DNA of 64,000 nt, taken from assembly GCA_963777955.1 (NCBI GenBank), contig CAVZSQ010000019.1, positions 128,001-192,000 on the forward strand, read 5' to 3'. The position numbers and the translations under genes were made by a program. Below, one piece after another: positions 29,976-39,499 of this stretch (positions within the stretch are counted from its first letter, which is position 1; each line of letters opens with the position of its first letter). This stretch comes from Calditrichia bacterium. GTDB lineage: Bacteria; Calditrichota; Calditrichia; JAJRVZ01. The notes below the pieces were generated by a model. That model was not told the DNA's origin and ran no database searches. It saw nothing but the letters and a program-made list of their open reading frames with translations.

Positions 29976-30500
29976 TCATCGCAAATTAATTTGGTCTGAA
30001 CAGACGGTACAAAAACTATCCCCTTTCACATCCAGATCGTCGACCGTATTGGAACTGGCCATGACGCATTTATAATTATGACAATGGCGCAGATTCTGTA
30101 AATGGCCATATTCATGAATGGTTTCTTTGACTAAGCGCCCGATCAGTTTATGTTCATCGGCCGGCAATCCGTAAAATTCATTGATCAACCGGCAACTGGA
30201 TACGATTGCCGCGCTGCCCCCCAGACCGGCCAGACCGAAGACAAAGGTCAAAACGGGGATATATAAATCCAGGCTGGTATAGATTATGACTTTATTTTGC
30301 TGTGTGGAAGGTCTGCTGACCTTTTTAATAATTTTTATCGCATCGTATTGTTCCCGGTTCTGATCGTAACAATCCTGAACCGTTAGTTCCGTATCGTAGC
30401 GGGCAGCTATTAAACCGCTGCGCTCACACAGCAGGGAGATCAGATTATCGAGCAGATTATTATGATTGAATTGGACGGTAATAATTTCGAGTTCAGGCAT
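29976..30500 (-). CDS. Archaemetzincin-family (M54) Zn metalloprotease
   Basis: FVFGLA, HEYGHLQNLRHC, CVM Met-turn, FCxxC. Confidence 0.85.
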   Translation of the reverse strand: MPELEIITVQFNHNNLLDNLISLLCERSGLIAARYDTELTVQDCYDQNREQYDAIKIIKKVSRPSTQQNKVIIYTSLDLYIPVLTFVFGLAGLGGSAAIVSSCRLINEFYGLPADEHKLIGRLVKETIHEYGHLQNLRHCHNYKCVMASSNTVDDLDVKGDSFCTVCSDQINLR

Positions 30501-31851
30501 TTTCCGGGCGTTTTATTCCGTACTTCTGCAATTTTTTATAGATGGTAACCCGATCTATGTCCAGTACTCGGGCAGCATTAGAAATATTCCAGTTATTTTT
30601 TTCCAGTACACTGATAATATGCGCTTTTTCAACATCGTCCAGTGACAGGGTGGTTTTAAACGAAGTCTGCAATTCAACATGGTTAAGCAGGAAATCTGCG
30701 CCGTTCAGAACATCGTCCTGTGTTACCACCATAGCCCTTTCGATGGCGTTTTCCAGTTCCCGCACATTCCCTTTCCAGGGATATTTCATCAGCATTTGCA
30801 AAGCAGCAGGGGCAATGCCTTCCACCGCTTTGTTCATTTTGGCGCGGTAATGGGCGATAAAATGCTCAACTAATTCAGGAATGTCTTCCGGCCGCTCACG
30901 TAAAGGTTTAATGTTGATCGTATACACCTGTAAGCGGTAATACAGATCTTCGCGGAATTTTCCATCCTTCACGAATTCTTCCAGATTGGTATTGGTAGCC
31001 GAAATCACCCTGAAATCCGATTGAATGATTTCATTGCCGCCCAGACGGGTGAATTCCCTGGTTTCGATTGCCCGCAGCAAATCCACCTGCGTTTTGGGTC
31101 CGATAGTACCGATCTCATCCAGGAATAAAGTTCCGCCGTTGGCAATTTCTAGTTTCCCTTTGCGCCGGTACATAGCCCCGGTAAAGGCTCCTTTTTCATG
31201 TCCGAATAATTCACTCTCCAGCAGGGTTTCGGTCATCGCCCCGCAATTAACCGTAACGATGGGAAAGAAACGTCGATCGCTCTGGGCATGAATGGCCTGG
31301 GCTACCAGTTCTTTGCCGGTGCCGCTTTCGCCGCGGATCATCACCGTTGTCGAAGTCTTAGCCACGGTTTCGATCAGTTTCTTGACCTCGGCAATATAAC
31401 GGCTTTTGCCGATTATCTCCGGCGGCCGGGTCAACTCTTCCAGACTTCCTTTCAAACCGATGTTCTCAATGGTCAGGCGCCGCTGTTTTTCCGCATTACG
31501 GACCAGATGACTTAAACTATCGGGATCGAACGGCTTGGTGATATAATCAAAAGCCCCTTCTTTTAAAGCCTGTACGGCAGTATCTACCGCTGCGTAGGCC
31601 GTGATCATGATTACCACGGCATCTTTGTCAATTTCTCTGATGCGCCGGTGCAATTCCATGCCATCCATTCCCGGCATTTTAATATCGATAAAATAAATAT
31701 CCCAGCGGGTCGTACTCATTTTGTTCAGGGCTTCTACCGCATCCCGCGCTGTATCGACCTGATAACCATCTTCCGTAAACCAGCCGGACAATGACTCGCG
31801 GACGATTTCTTCATCATCCACTATCAGTATTTTTACATCATTCTTAGCCAT
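30493..31851 (-). CDS. Sigma54-dependent response regulator
   Basis: Receiver domain, GESGTGKE, GAFTGA, HTH. Confidence 0.95.
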   Translation of the reverse strand: MAKNDVKILIVDDEEIVRESLSGWFTEDGYQVDTARDAVEALNKMSTTRWDIYFIDIKMPGMDGMELHRRIREIDKDAVVIMITAYAAVDTAVQALKEGAFDYITKPFDPDSLSHLVRNAEKQRRLTIENIGLKGSLEELTRPPEIIGKSRYIAEVKKLIETVAKTSTTVMIRGESGTGKELVAQAIHAQSDRRFFPIVTVNCGAMTETLLESELFGHEKGAFTGAMYRRKGKLEIANGGTLFLDEIGTIGPKTQVDLLRAIETREFTRLGGNEIIQSDFRVISATNTNLEEFVKDGKFREDLYYRLQVYTINIKPLRERPEDIPELVEHFIAHYRAKMNKAVEGIAPAALQMLMKYPWKGNVRELENAIERAMVVTQDDVLNGADFLLNHVELQTSFKTTLSLDDVEKAHIISVLEKNNWNISNAARVLDIDRVTIYKKLQKYGIKRPENA

Positions 31852-31853
31852 AC

Positions 31854-33452
31854 TCAGGACGCCTTTAATTGTTTAACCGGAATTTTGATGATAAAGGTAG
31901 AACCTTGATTAACTGCTGATTCGACCCAGATTTCTCCGCGGTGCCGTTGCACGATGGCATATACCGCCGAAAGTCCCAGACCCACCCCCTTAACTGCATT
32001 TTTAGTGGTGAAGAAAGGTTCAAATATCTGTGTTTTCAGATCTTCCGGTATTCCTTTACCTGTATCTTTAACATACAGGTATACCGCTTGCTCAGACAAT
32101 TTCAACTCCGTTTTGACCGTGAGCACCCCTTCATTCTCCATTGCTTCCACCGCATTGACGTACAAAGCCAATAAAGCCTGTTTGATCTGACTGTCATCAA
32201 TCTCTATGGCCGGCAGGTCGGTTTGGAATTCACGAATCAGTTTGATATTATGTAATTTCAGATGATGGGCAATCAAGTCGATGGAATTATCAATAACATG
32301 GTTAAGGTCATGGGCTTTGATCTCGATCGCTTCCTGACGGGAGAACAGCAACATATTTTTTACGATCGTACCGCTGCGCTCGCTTTCTGTTTCGATCATC
32401 CGCAGATACTTGAGCATGGCTTCTTTTTCAGGGATAGGTGTATTTTCTTTGATTAATTTTTTCTGGATTAATTTGCTGTAAGTAAGTATGCCGGCGATGG
32501 GATTATTCAGCTCATGGGCTACGGTCGCCGATAATTGTCCCAGTGAAGCCATTTTTTCAATCTGCAGATTACGTTTCTGCGTTCGTTCCAGTTCCTGTGT
32601 CTTTTCCTGAACCCGGTTTTCCAATTGATTGGACCAGCTGGTGATCTCCCGTTTTGCTTCGCGCAGATCCGCAGTCATTCGATTAAAGGAACGGGCCAGA
32701 CTGCCCATTTCATCGCCGGACGTGGATTTAATCTGATAACCGAGATTGCCGTTGGAAACTTCCCTGGTACCAAGGATCAGTCTTTTTACCGGTACATGTA
32801 CAAAAAACCAGATCATTATCCCCACGGTCAGGGCCAGGGCCAGCGTGATGGCAATATTGGTCGAGATCATGCGCGAGCGGTTTTGTTCAACAATAGTATC
32901 CATCTTTTCCAGGGAAAGACTTATGCGCAATAATCCCAGATAACTATCCGCCTGTTGATGCGCATGACAGTCCGCTGTATAACAACTTGGTTCGTTGGCA
33001 ATCGGTCTGACATAAACCATCAGGCGTTTTCCCCGGGCATCAAAAAAAATATGATGCCAGGCTTCGACAGGTTTTTTTCTCAGTTCGCCCGAGGATTCAT
33101 GACAGGGTGAACATTCCCGTTCGGCAAAGTCGGCTGTGCGATTTATTTCTTCTTCGGCAGTCGAGAAGGCAATCCTGCCGGTTTTATCAAAAAGGGTAAC
33201 TTTCTGGATTCCTTCCTTTTGGACGATCCCTTTCATAATGGAATTAGTCGATTCCGTGGCATTCAGCAGCATAGAATTTCTCATAGACCCGGCGACCACT
33301 TCGCTGGTCCGGTAAGCGCATTGGCGGGCGATCTCGGCATATTGCTCGGATTCTGTTTTGATATAATAGAGTGAAAAACCAACGGTCAGGATGATCAGAA
33401 CCACAAAGACAAGCACAAAGAGTTTAAAACTGAGCAGGCGATAAAAATACAT
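31854..33452 (-). CDS. HAMP sensor histidine kinase with two periplasmic heme-c motifs
   Basis: CSPCH and CYTADCH between the TMs; AHELNNP H-box. Confidence 0.9.
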   Translation of the reverse strand: MYFYRLLSFKLFVLVFVVLIILTVGFSLYYIKTESEQYAEIARQCAYRTSEVVAGSMRNSMLLNATESTNSIMKGIVQKEGIQKVTLFDKTGRIAFSTAEEEINRTADFAERECSPCHESSGELRKKPVEAWHHIFFDARGKRLMVYVRPIANEPSCYTADCHAHQQADSYLGLLRISLSLEKMDTIVEQNRSRMISTNIAITLALALTVGIMIWFFVHVPVKRLILGTREVSNGNLGYQIKSTSGDEMGSLARSFNRMTADLREAKREITSWSNQLENRVQEKTQELERTQKRNLQIEKMASLGQLSATVAHELNNPIAGILTYSKLIQKKLIKENTPIPEKEAMLKYLRMIETESERSGTIVKNMLLFSRQEAIEIKAHDLNHVIDNSIDLIAHHLKLHNIKLIREFQTDLPAIEIDDSQIKQALLALYVNAVEAMENEGVLTVKTELKLSEQAVYLYVKDTGKGIPEDLKTQIFEPFFTTKNAVKGVGLGLSAVYAIVQRHRGEIWVESAVNQGSTFIIKIPVKQLKAS

Positions 33453-33534
33453 CTTCGACCTTATTAAATATTTGAATCAAATTAACAAAATATTTAAAAA
33501 AGACAAATTTGATTTTTACATTTATAGCTAAACG

Positions 33535-33563
33535 AAAAAGGCACGAGGATTTCGTGCCTTCTT
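33535..33563 (-). terminator. Rho-independent terminator
   Basis: AAGGCACGAAATCCTCGTGCCTTTTT on the minus strand. Confidence 0.75.
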
Positions 33564-33591
33564 GTATTCATATTTTTCACGCCCTGGTTGA

Positions 33592-34308
33592 TTACTCATT
33601 ATGAGCCAGCTCTTTGCTCAACAAGAATTCCTCTGCCATTCCATGCCAGTTCTGGGGTGCGATTTCCCGTAAAAAACAGTCCTTGATTTGCCCTCCATCG
33701 GCCAGTACCGGTATCGTATCAGCGCTGATCAGTTGGTTCAATTTGTCCACAGTGTGTTGCAGCCAGGTATAGGCGATTTTCCCGGTGAGCAGATTTTTCA
33801 GATGAGTGCTCAAGCTGGGCACCCGCATCAACATGAACCAGCCATTTTCATAAGGATCTGTTTGCCGAAACTCACCGGGTTTATTCACTTTTTCATTTAC
33901 CTGCATTACTTCTCCGCTGACCGGCGCCAGGAATGAAAGCGATTTACCGTCAATCTCCGCGCTCCAGGCTTTTGAACCCTGCTGCAGATATTGTCCTTTT
34001 TCAGGTAAATTCCAGCGCGCTTCGGCACCTACTAACTTGCGGGCAAAATCATCGATTCCAATTTTAACGATATCGCCTTTTTCCGGTTTGACCCAGGTAT
34101 GACCCTGGTGGTAAAAATAACTGCCATCAAGATAAAACCAATCGATCAGTCTGATTCTTTTTTTACTTCCGGCCACAGCCAGTGCTGCTCCGGTAACCGG
34201 TGTATTCATCCAGCGCAGGAAGAAGTACATCAGGATTAAGAAAAAGATAACCAGGACATATTCGAATCCTTTGGTCGAAAAGATATCTATATATTTGAAA
34301 CCTTCCAT
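33592..34308 (-). CDS. Membrane-anchored glycine-cleavage-H-like protein
   Basis: N-terminal TM; YHQGHTWV, IGIDDFA, APVSGEV..VN and DPYENGW motifs; C-terminal ADGG. Confidence 0.8.
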   Translation of the reverse strand: MEGFKYIDIFSTKGFEYVLVIFFLILMYFFLRWMNTPVTGAALAVAGSKKRIRLIDWFYLDGSYFYHQGHTWVKPEKGDIVKIGIDDFARKLVGAEARWNLPEKGQYLQQGSKAWSAEIDGKSLSFLAPVSGEVMQVNEKVNKPGEFRQTDPYENGWFMLMRVPSLSTHLKNLLTGKIAYTWLQHTVDKLNQLISADTIPVLADGGQIKDCFLREIAPQNWHGMAEEFLLSKELAHNE

Positions 34309-35594
34309 GTTTCCAACTCCTTTTCTTTGAGATCATAAATATTATCAAATTTGCCATTCTTGCCAGCGCTGGCCCACAGCGGGGATTCACTCAACACCGG
34401 CATACGATTTACTATCCAGCGCAATACGACGATCTCGACAAAGATTACAGCCAGAGTAACTTCTATTTCCATCCAGGAGGGTATATATCTTTGTAGCGCC
34501 TGCCAGTTATAGGCGATAACCGAGATATTCAGACGGTTCAGAACAATACCGATCAGCGTAGTGACGGCCGCAAATTTTATCAGCTGCATGTTGCGATGCC
34601 GGAAGGCCTGTACGAATAAGATAAGCGGAACTACCACAAAACCAATCATTTCTACCAGATACCAGTAGCCCCAGCCGGTATCGATATAAGTCCAGTGCTT
34701 CTCATGAATGAACATCAGGACTTTCAGAAAAGCATAAACAAACATGCTGCCGGCGCAGATTTTGGTCAGGCTGAAAACGATATTATCATGTGATTGCTCG
34801 ATCCTGGGACTGAGCAGGTTTCTGAATACTTTATGGCTGATACTTCCTTCGAGAATCACCATGGACAGACCGGCAAAGATGCTGGAGATGAAGAACAGAA
34901 TGGGAATGAATTCTGAATACCACAGCGGGTGTATCTTGCTCTTGGCCATCAGGAACAACGCCCCCAAACCAGCCTGATGCAGGGTGGAGAGGGTGATGCC
35001 AATCACCACCGTGCCCAGGGTCAGGGAATGCAGAATTTTACGGATTCTTTTCCAGCCCAGCCATTCGGCAATGGCTGGTGAAAATTCAATAAATTCAGCC
35101 AGCATATACAGTAAAAAATGCCAGGCCACCAGAAACATTACCGAACTTACCCCGAATGAATTGCCGATGATCGGATTGACCACATTCCAGGGACGGCCCA
35201 GATCGAGTAACAGCGCTCCTGTGTAAAACACATAAGCCAGCAGCCCGTTGAGTACTGTTATCCTGGCGATCGGATGGTATTTTTCCAGATTCAGGACATA
35301 AACCAGGAACACCAGCACATAGGCACCGCCGGCGAAGGCGACGCCGGTGATCACATCAAATCCGATCCAGATCCCCCAGGGAAAATCCTGGGACAGATTG
35401 GTGACTGAACTCAGTCCGAAGATGAAACGAATAATGATCAGCACGGCTCCGACACCAATAATTATTGCCGACAGAACATTGAACGGGGTGATTAGTTTAC
35501 CCTTGGGTTTGAGTTCCTGCCGCAGGAATTTGAAAAATCTATGTCCTTCCGACTTGAGTAATAATTTTGAATCGACTGCTGTTTCCATCTTCAC
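34287..35594 (-). CDS. NrfD/PsrC-family membrane subunit (HybB/HmcC-like)
   Basis: TNLSQDFPWGIWIGFDV, DLGRPW, STLHQAGLGALF and HPLWY motifs. Confidence 0.88.
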   Translation of the reverse strand: MKMETAVDSKLLLKSEGHRFFKFLRQELKPKGKLITPFNVLSAIIIGVGAVLIIIRFIFGLSSVTNLSQDFPWGIWIGFDVITGVAFAGGAYVLVFLVYVLNLEKYHPIARITVLNGLLAYVFYTGALLLDLGRPWNVVNPIIGNSFGVSSVMFLVAWHFLLYMLAEFIEFSPAIAEWLGWKRIRKILHSLTLGTVVIGITLSTLHQAGLGALFLMAKSKIHPLWYSEFIPILFFISSIFAGLSMVILEGSISHKVFRNLLSPRIEQSHDNIVFSLTKICAGSMFVYAFLKVLMFIHEKHWTYIDTGWGYWYLVEMIGFVVVPLILFVQAFRHRNMQLIKFAAVTTLIGIVLNRLNISVIAYNWQALQRYIPSWMEIEVTLAVIFVEIVVLRWIVNRMPVLSESPLWASAGKNGKFDNIYDLKEKELETWKVSNI

Positions 35595-36446
35595 TCCTCC
35601 CCCTCAGATTTTTCCTTCCTGTCTTTGGTAGCAGCATGCAAAGCCAGCAGGAAAGCCGGTAACAGAATATCTACCACAGGCACACTATATAGAAACGTTT
35701 TGGTATGTTCCGGATACGGCTTTTCACCCAGATCGGTGCGGAATCCGATCTTTTCAAAAGGAACGGCCGAGAGGTATAACACGGAACTTCCCCCCACCTC
35801 CTGTTCGCCATATATATAATGAAGATAGGAATCGGGTTGCGTATAAATTCGCTTGTACGCTTCCTCTAATAAATCCCTGCGGCGCCCAAAAACGATTGCT
35901 TGTTCCGGGCATTCAGTGGCACAAGCCGGCTGATTACCGGTTTGCAGCCGGTCCCAGCATAAAATGCACTTCTGTATTTTGGGTATCGCTTTATCATATT
36001 CGAATTTTGGAATTTCATAAGGGCAGGATATCATACAAAACCGGCAGCCCAGACATTTACTTTCACGCCAGATTACAGCTCCGTCAGTCCGATTTATATA
36101 AGGCCTTGGAAACACAGGCAGCCACACAGGCTGGTTGATTGCAGTGCATGCATTGTTTCTTGACAAATATTTCCTGTCCCTCAACTTCAAACCGGTTAAC
36201 CAGGGTCCACTGTGTCGCCGAAGTATTACGCGGACCCTGAAACATGGCATCCAGGTCGGGTTCCGGCAGATCATGGGCTTCGGCACAGGCAACGGAACAG
36301 GTCTGGCAGCCCACACAGCGGGTCGTATCGATTAACAACCCTGAAAACTCTTTTTCAGATTCACTCTCCTGTGCACGAATCTGATCCAGCGGGAGAGCCG
36401 ACAGGCCGATCACCCCCAGAGTTTTGACAAAGTTTCTCCTATCCAT
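35591..36446 (-). CDS. Tat-exported 4Fe-4S dicluster protein (HybA/HmcB-like) with C-terminal TM; one frameshift near 36090
   Basis: MDRRNF; CVGCQTCSVAC, CMHCNQPACVAAC, CLGCRFCMISCP, KCILC...PACATECP. Confidence 0.88.
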
Positions 36447-36497
36447 AAATTGTATGCTCCTTATTTCAGCTGTCGCTGTAAGTTTCAGTGGTTCAGT

Positions 36498-36578
36498 TTA
36501 ATGAACTGTTTTGGAATGATGGACCAGATCAAAAGACAGTAGCAATATAATGGCCAGGATAAGACAAAGAATTACCAT
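36498..36578 (-). CDS. Putative 26-aa membrane micro-protein
   Basis: AAGGGGGA RBS-like site, then MVILCLILAIILLLSFDLVHHSKTVH; lies inside the operon. Confidence 0.45.
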   Translation of the reverse strand: MVILCLILAIILLLSFDLVHHSKTVH

Positions 36579-36597
36579 GATTTCCCCCTTTTGAATT

Positions 36598-37275
36598 TTA
36601 CTTTAAGTTTTGGTGATATGGGAAAAATTTTTGTACGATCAGGGCCCAATCCTGATTGGACATCTGCCTGATATACTCCGGATCGATCTTACCGCCGTCA
36701 TTCAAATAATGTCCCTGCTGGGCATACAGATACAAATCGTCGCGTAATTTTGTGTTAAGCAGTGCCGCCTGGGCATGTGGTAATAGATTATTAGCCTCAC
36801 TGTTCAGACTATCTGCTTTAATTTTGAGGATCCATGATTTTTCAACCTGTGACGACGGCAGGGGCAGATTCATTTTACAGGCCGGATTAATGCCGACAAC
36901 CTCCCCGGACAGCGGTGCCAGTTGCGCCAGAGCATGTTCGCCCAGCTGCACATCCCAGATTTTAGTTCCCTGGGTAAGATGGGATCCTACCAGAGGTAAT
37001 TGCTGTATCTTTACCTGGTCAGTAAACAGGCTGGAAATAAAGTCATCATATCCCACATATAGATATCCCTGATCCGAAGGAACCACCCAGGTGTGGCTAA
37101 GATGATACAGCCGGTTTAATTCATTACCTAGCGGTAGCAGGGCTTTATCCGGACTTAAAAATATCGGCGATTTATCCGATTTGTCTTTTTCTTTTAAAAT
37201 TCTTTCTTCACGGCGGGTCAACCAGTCTATCCCCAGGAAGACCAGAATAGTCAAAAGAACCAGCGCGAATACCAT
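36598..37275 (-). CDS. Membrane-anchored glycine-cleavage-H-like protein
   Basis: N-terminal TM; YHLSHTWV, VGYDDF, APLSGEVVGIN and NDGG motifs. Confidence 0.78.
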   Translation of the reverse strand: MVFALVLLTILVFLGIDWLTRREERILKEKDKSDKSPIFLSPDKALLPLGNELNRLYHLSHTWVVPSDQGYLYVGYDDFISSLFTDQVKIQQLPLVGSHLTQGTKIWDVQLGEHALAQLAPLSGEVVGINPACKMNLPLPSSQVEKSWILKIKADSLNSEANNLLPHAQAALLNTKLRDDLYLYAQQGHYLNDGGKIDPEYIRQMSNQDWALIVQKFFPYHQNLK

Positions 37276-37316
37276 TTTTTACTCCTTTCAAACTACTTTC
37301 TTCACTTTTCAGTATC

Positions 37317-37332
37317 TCAAAATCTATGCCAG
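37317..37332 (-). promoter_or_regulatory. Sigma54 promoter of the GcvH-like/FeS/NrfD operon
   Basis: CTGGCATAGATTTTGA on the minus strand, about 40 bp upstream of the start. Confidence 0.7.
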
Positions 37333-37418
37333 TAAATTTCACAATAAAATGATCTATCTAACCAAATGATTATGTTTAAATTAGCAGAATACTAAGAGAT
37401 ATAGTGAAATTAATGATG

Positions 37419-37520
37419 TGTTGAATATAATTACATATATTTGGATATTTTATATAATTATAACAATATTAATAGGTTATAATTGTTGATTATAATTACA
37501 TTATGTTGTATTATACAACA
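37419..37520. promoter_or_regulatory. Three TGT-N11-ACA enhancer-like sites
   Basis: TGTTGAATATAATTACA (37419), TGTTGATTATAATTACA (37484), TGTTGTATTATACAACA (37504). Confidence 0.7.
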
Positions 37521-37613
37521 TATATAATTTGAACTAAGGCAATAGGCAGGTCAATCTGCATTTATATAAGTTATTTATATTGTGGCTACGCTAAACTGTA
37601 ATTTTTTTCAACA

Positions 37614-38508
37614 TTAAATCAAAATATCATCTGACCAGCCAATTTTAATCAATTCAATTTTGGTTGGATCTGCTGTACCCAGATGGTGACGTGTGTCGGC
37701 TAGAAATATATGTTTTGGCGGAGGATTGATCGGGCGATCTTCCTTAAAAAATAGTCTGCGTTTGGTCTGAATTATGCGTACACCTGTGGCATCCACGGCT
37801 ACCGGATCAAATCCCACTAATAAACCTTTATACGCCCAGGTGTATTTGGCACTGAAATGATGGGGACCGACACCGTGAAATAAGGGGGTAAGCATTACCA
37901 GAATATTTAGGCGGGTTTTATTCTGGACCAGCGGTAATTTCCAGATTGCAGCCAGATCAGCGCAGGAATCATCATGATAATCCCAGGGTCTCTCTACAAA
38001 CATTATATAATTCTTGATCAGAGTACCGACTCCCGACCAATCATGGGTACGCATCGGCCGGATATTGATCAAAGCCGTGGCTTTCATAAAGACCGGATCA
38101 GTAAGCAAACTTCGATCATTAATACTGATATTTGCGGGAGTCACACCGCAATCTGTAACCCGCATTTTAATATGTGATTCTAATTCGGGAGGAGTGGCCA
38201 GGCGCGACCAGATATTGGTCTTGATTCCCACCACATCGTCCCGATGTAATGATCTGCTTCCAGGCTGCAGCTGCATCCGCTTGATCAGTCAATGCGGAAA
38301 CGGCCTGATCAAGCATGCCCCTGAGCAGGTCAGCGTTCAGCTTATTATTGGCATCAATCACAGCTGCGTCGCGGATCAGTACCACTCTGCTTTTCGTCGC
38401 AGTTTGCGCAAATCCCTTTGCCGGCAGATTCAAATAAAGCGCACCGGCAATTGCAGCAGCGGAGGTATTTTGCATAAATTCACGCCGGGTATAGACTTTC
38501 TTCTTCAT
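37614..38508 (-). CDS. DUF362-family protein with Tat signal; one frameshift
   Basis: TRREF signal; VVGIKTN, RTHDWSG...IKN and DPVAVDA motifs. Confidence 0.75.
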
Positions 38509-38523
38509 AAGTGCTCTCCTGGC

Positions 38524-39441
38524 TTATTCTGATTCTGAAAAACCGATTAAATTATTCTCTACCTGTTTACAGATCTTTTCGACACTGCTTTTACTTTCAC
38601 TCCTGAAGACAATCACCAATACCGACCGGTCGAGTTTATAACCGGTCCAATATTTATCTTCAATCTGCAGCACACTTCGCTCTCCGGCATCAGCCAGAAA
38701 AGTCTTCTTGAAATCCCGGGTGGCGCTTAGCGCCTGCTGCGGATCCGGATATTTGATCACCAGCAGCAGGAGCGGACTGCTTTCCCCCTGCTTATACTGG
38801 GCCAGCATGGCTTCGCAGTTTTGATCGATATGCAGGATGTTCTGATCGGCGATATAATAATACGTGTTCAGCCAGATATGATGATGAAAGTACCGGATGC
38901 TGCTCTGGATCAATCCTTCGGGCGGTAACAGCGAGAGTAGTGCCGGCAGTGTCCCTGACCTGGGTATGGTCTGCTCTATTTTTTTTGCCAACTCCTCTAT
39001 GACCTGCCTGGACCGTTCTGTTTCCGGACTGGCCAGCAGGGAAACCAGGTAATGATCTTTCCAGAACAGCAACAGTCCTTCGATGTACTGACTGCCCTGA
39101 CCGAAGCTACTGTCTATCGATTCGCGGGTATGCGCAAAAACTCCATAGGCATTGGCCGAGGTCTCCATATCGAAAACTTCGACGATCAATTCCGGCTGGC
39201 CCGGGTAATTATAGCTGCGGCTGAACAAACTCCTGAAACCATATGATAAATATAATTCGGCTCCACCATTGATATGCCGATAAAGATTTTCACGATTAAA
39301 TATTTTATCTTCAGTTTTCTGCCAGCCGGAAATGCCTGGGGGTAAAATTCCGCTCCAATTGATTTCCGTGTTATTCTGTCCAATTCCCGATTCAGGTAAA
39401 AATACGAACATATTTAAAATTAATGAAATAATTGCAAACAT
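38524..39441 (-). CDS. Exported hypothetical protein (DUF6599-like)
   Basis: LYRHINGGAELYLSYGF and VEVFDM...AYGVF motifs; adjacent to DUF362. Confidence 0.6.
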   Translation of the reverse strand: MFAIISLILNMFVFLPESGIGQNNTEINWSGILPPGISGWQKTEDKIFNRENLYRHINGGAELYLSYGFRSLFSRSYNYPGQPELIVEVFDMETSANAYGVFAHTRESIDSSFGQGSQYIEGLLLFWKDHYLVSLLASPETERSRQVIEELAKKIEQTIPRSGTLPALLSLLPPEGLIQSSIRYFHHHIWLNTYYYIADQNILHIDQNCEAMLAQYKQGESSPLLLLVIKYPDPQQALSATRDFKKTFLADAGERSVLQIEDKYWTGYKLDRSVLVIVFRSESKSSVEKICKQVENNLIGFSESE

Positions 39442-39469
39442 ACATATTCCTTATGATTTATTTGAATTT

Positions 39470-39499
39470 TGTAGGGACAGGTCGCGACCTGTCCCTACA
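39470..39499. repeat. GTAG-type REP palindrome
   Basis: Perfect 30-bp TGTAGGGACAGGTCGCGACCTGTCCCTACA; sister copy of 17676-17703. Confidence 0.8.

Noticed and set aside
33592..37275. Glycine cleavage system or NiFe hydrogenase-2 operon
   Set aside because: No gcvP/T/L, no hydrogenase large/small subunit or maturation genes; the H-like proteins are TM-anchored and seem to lack the lipoyl Lys
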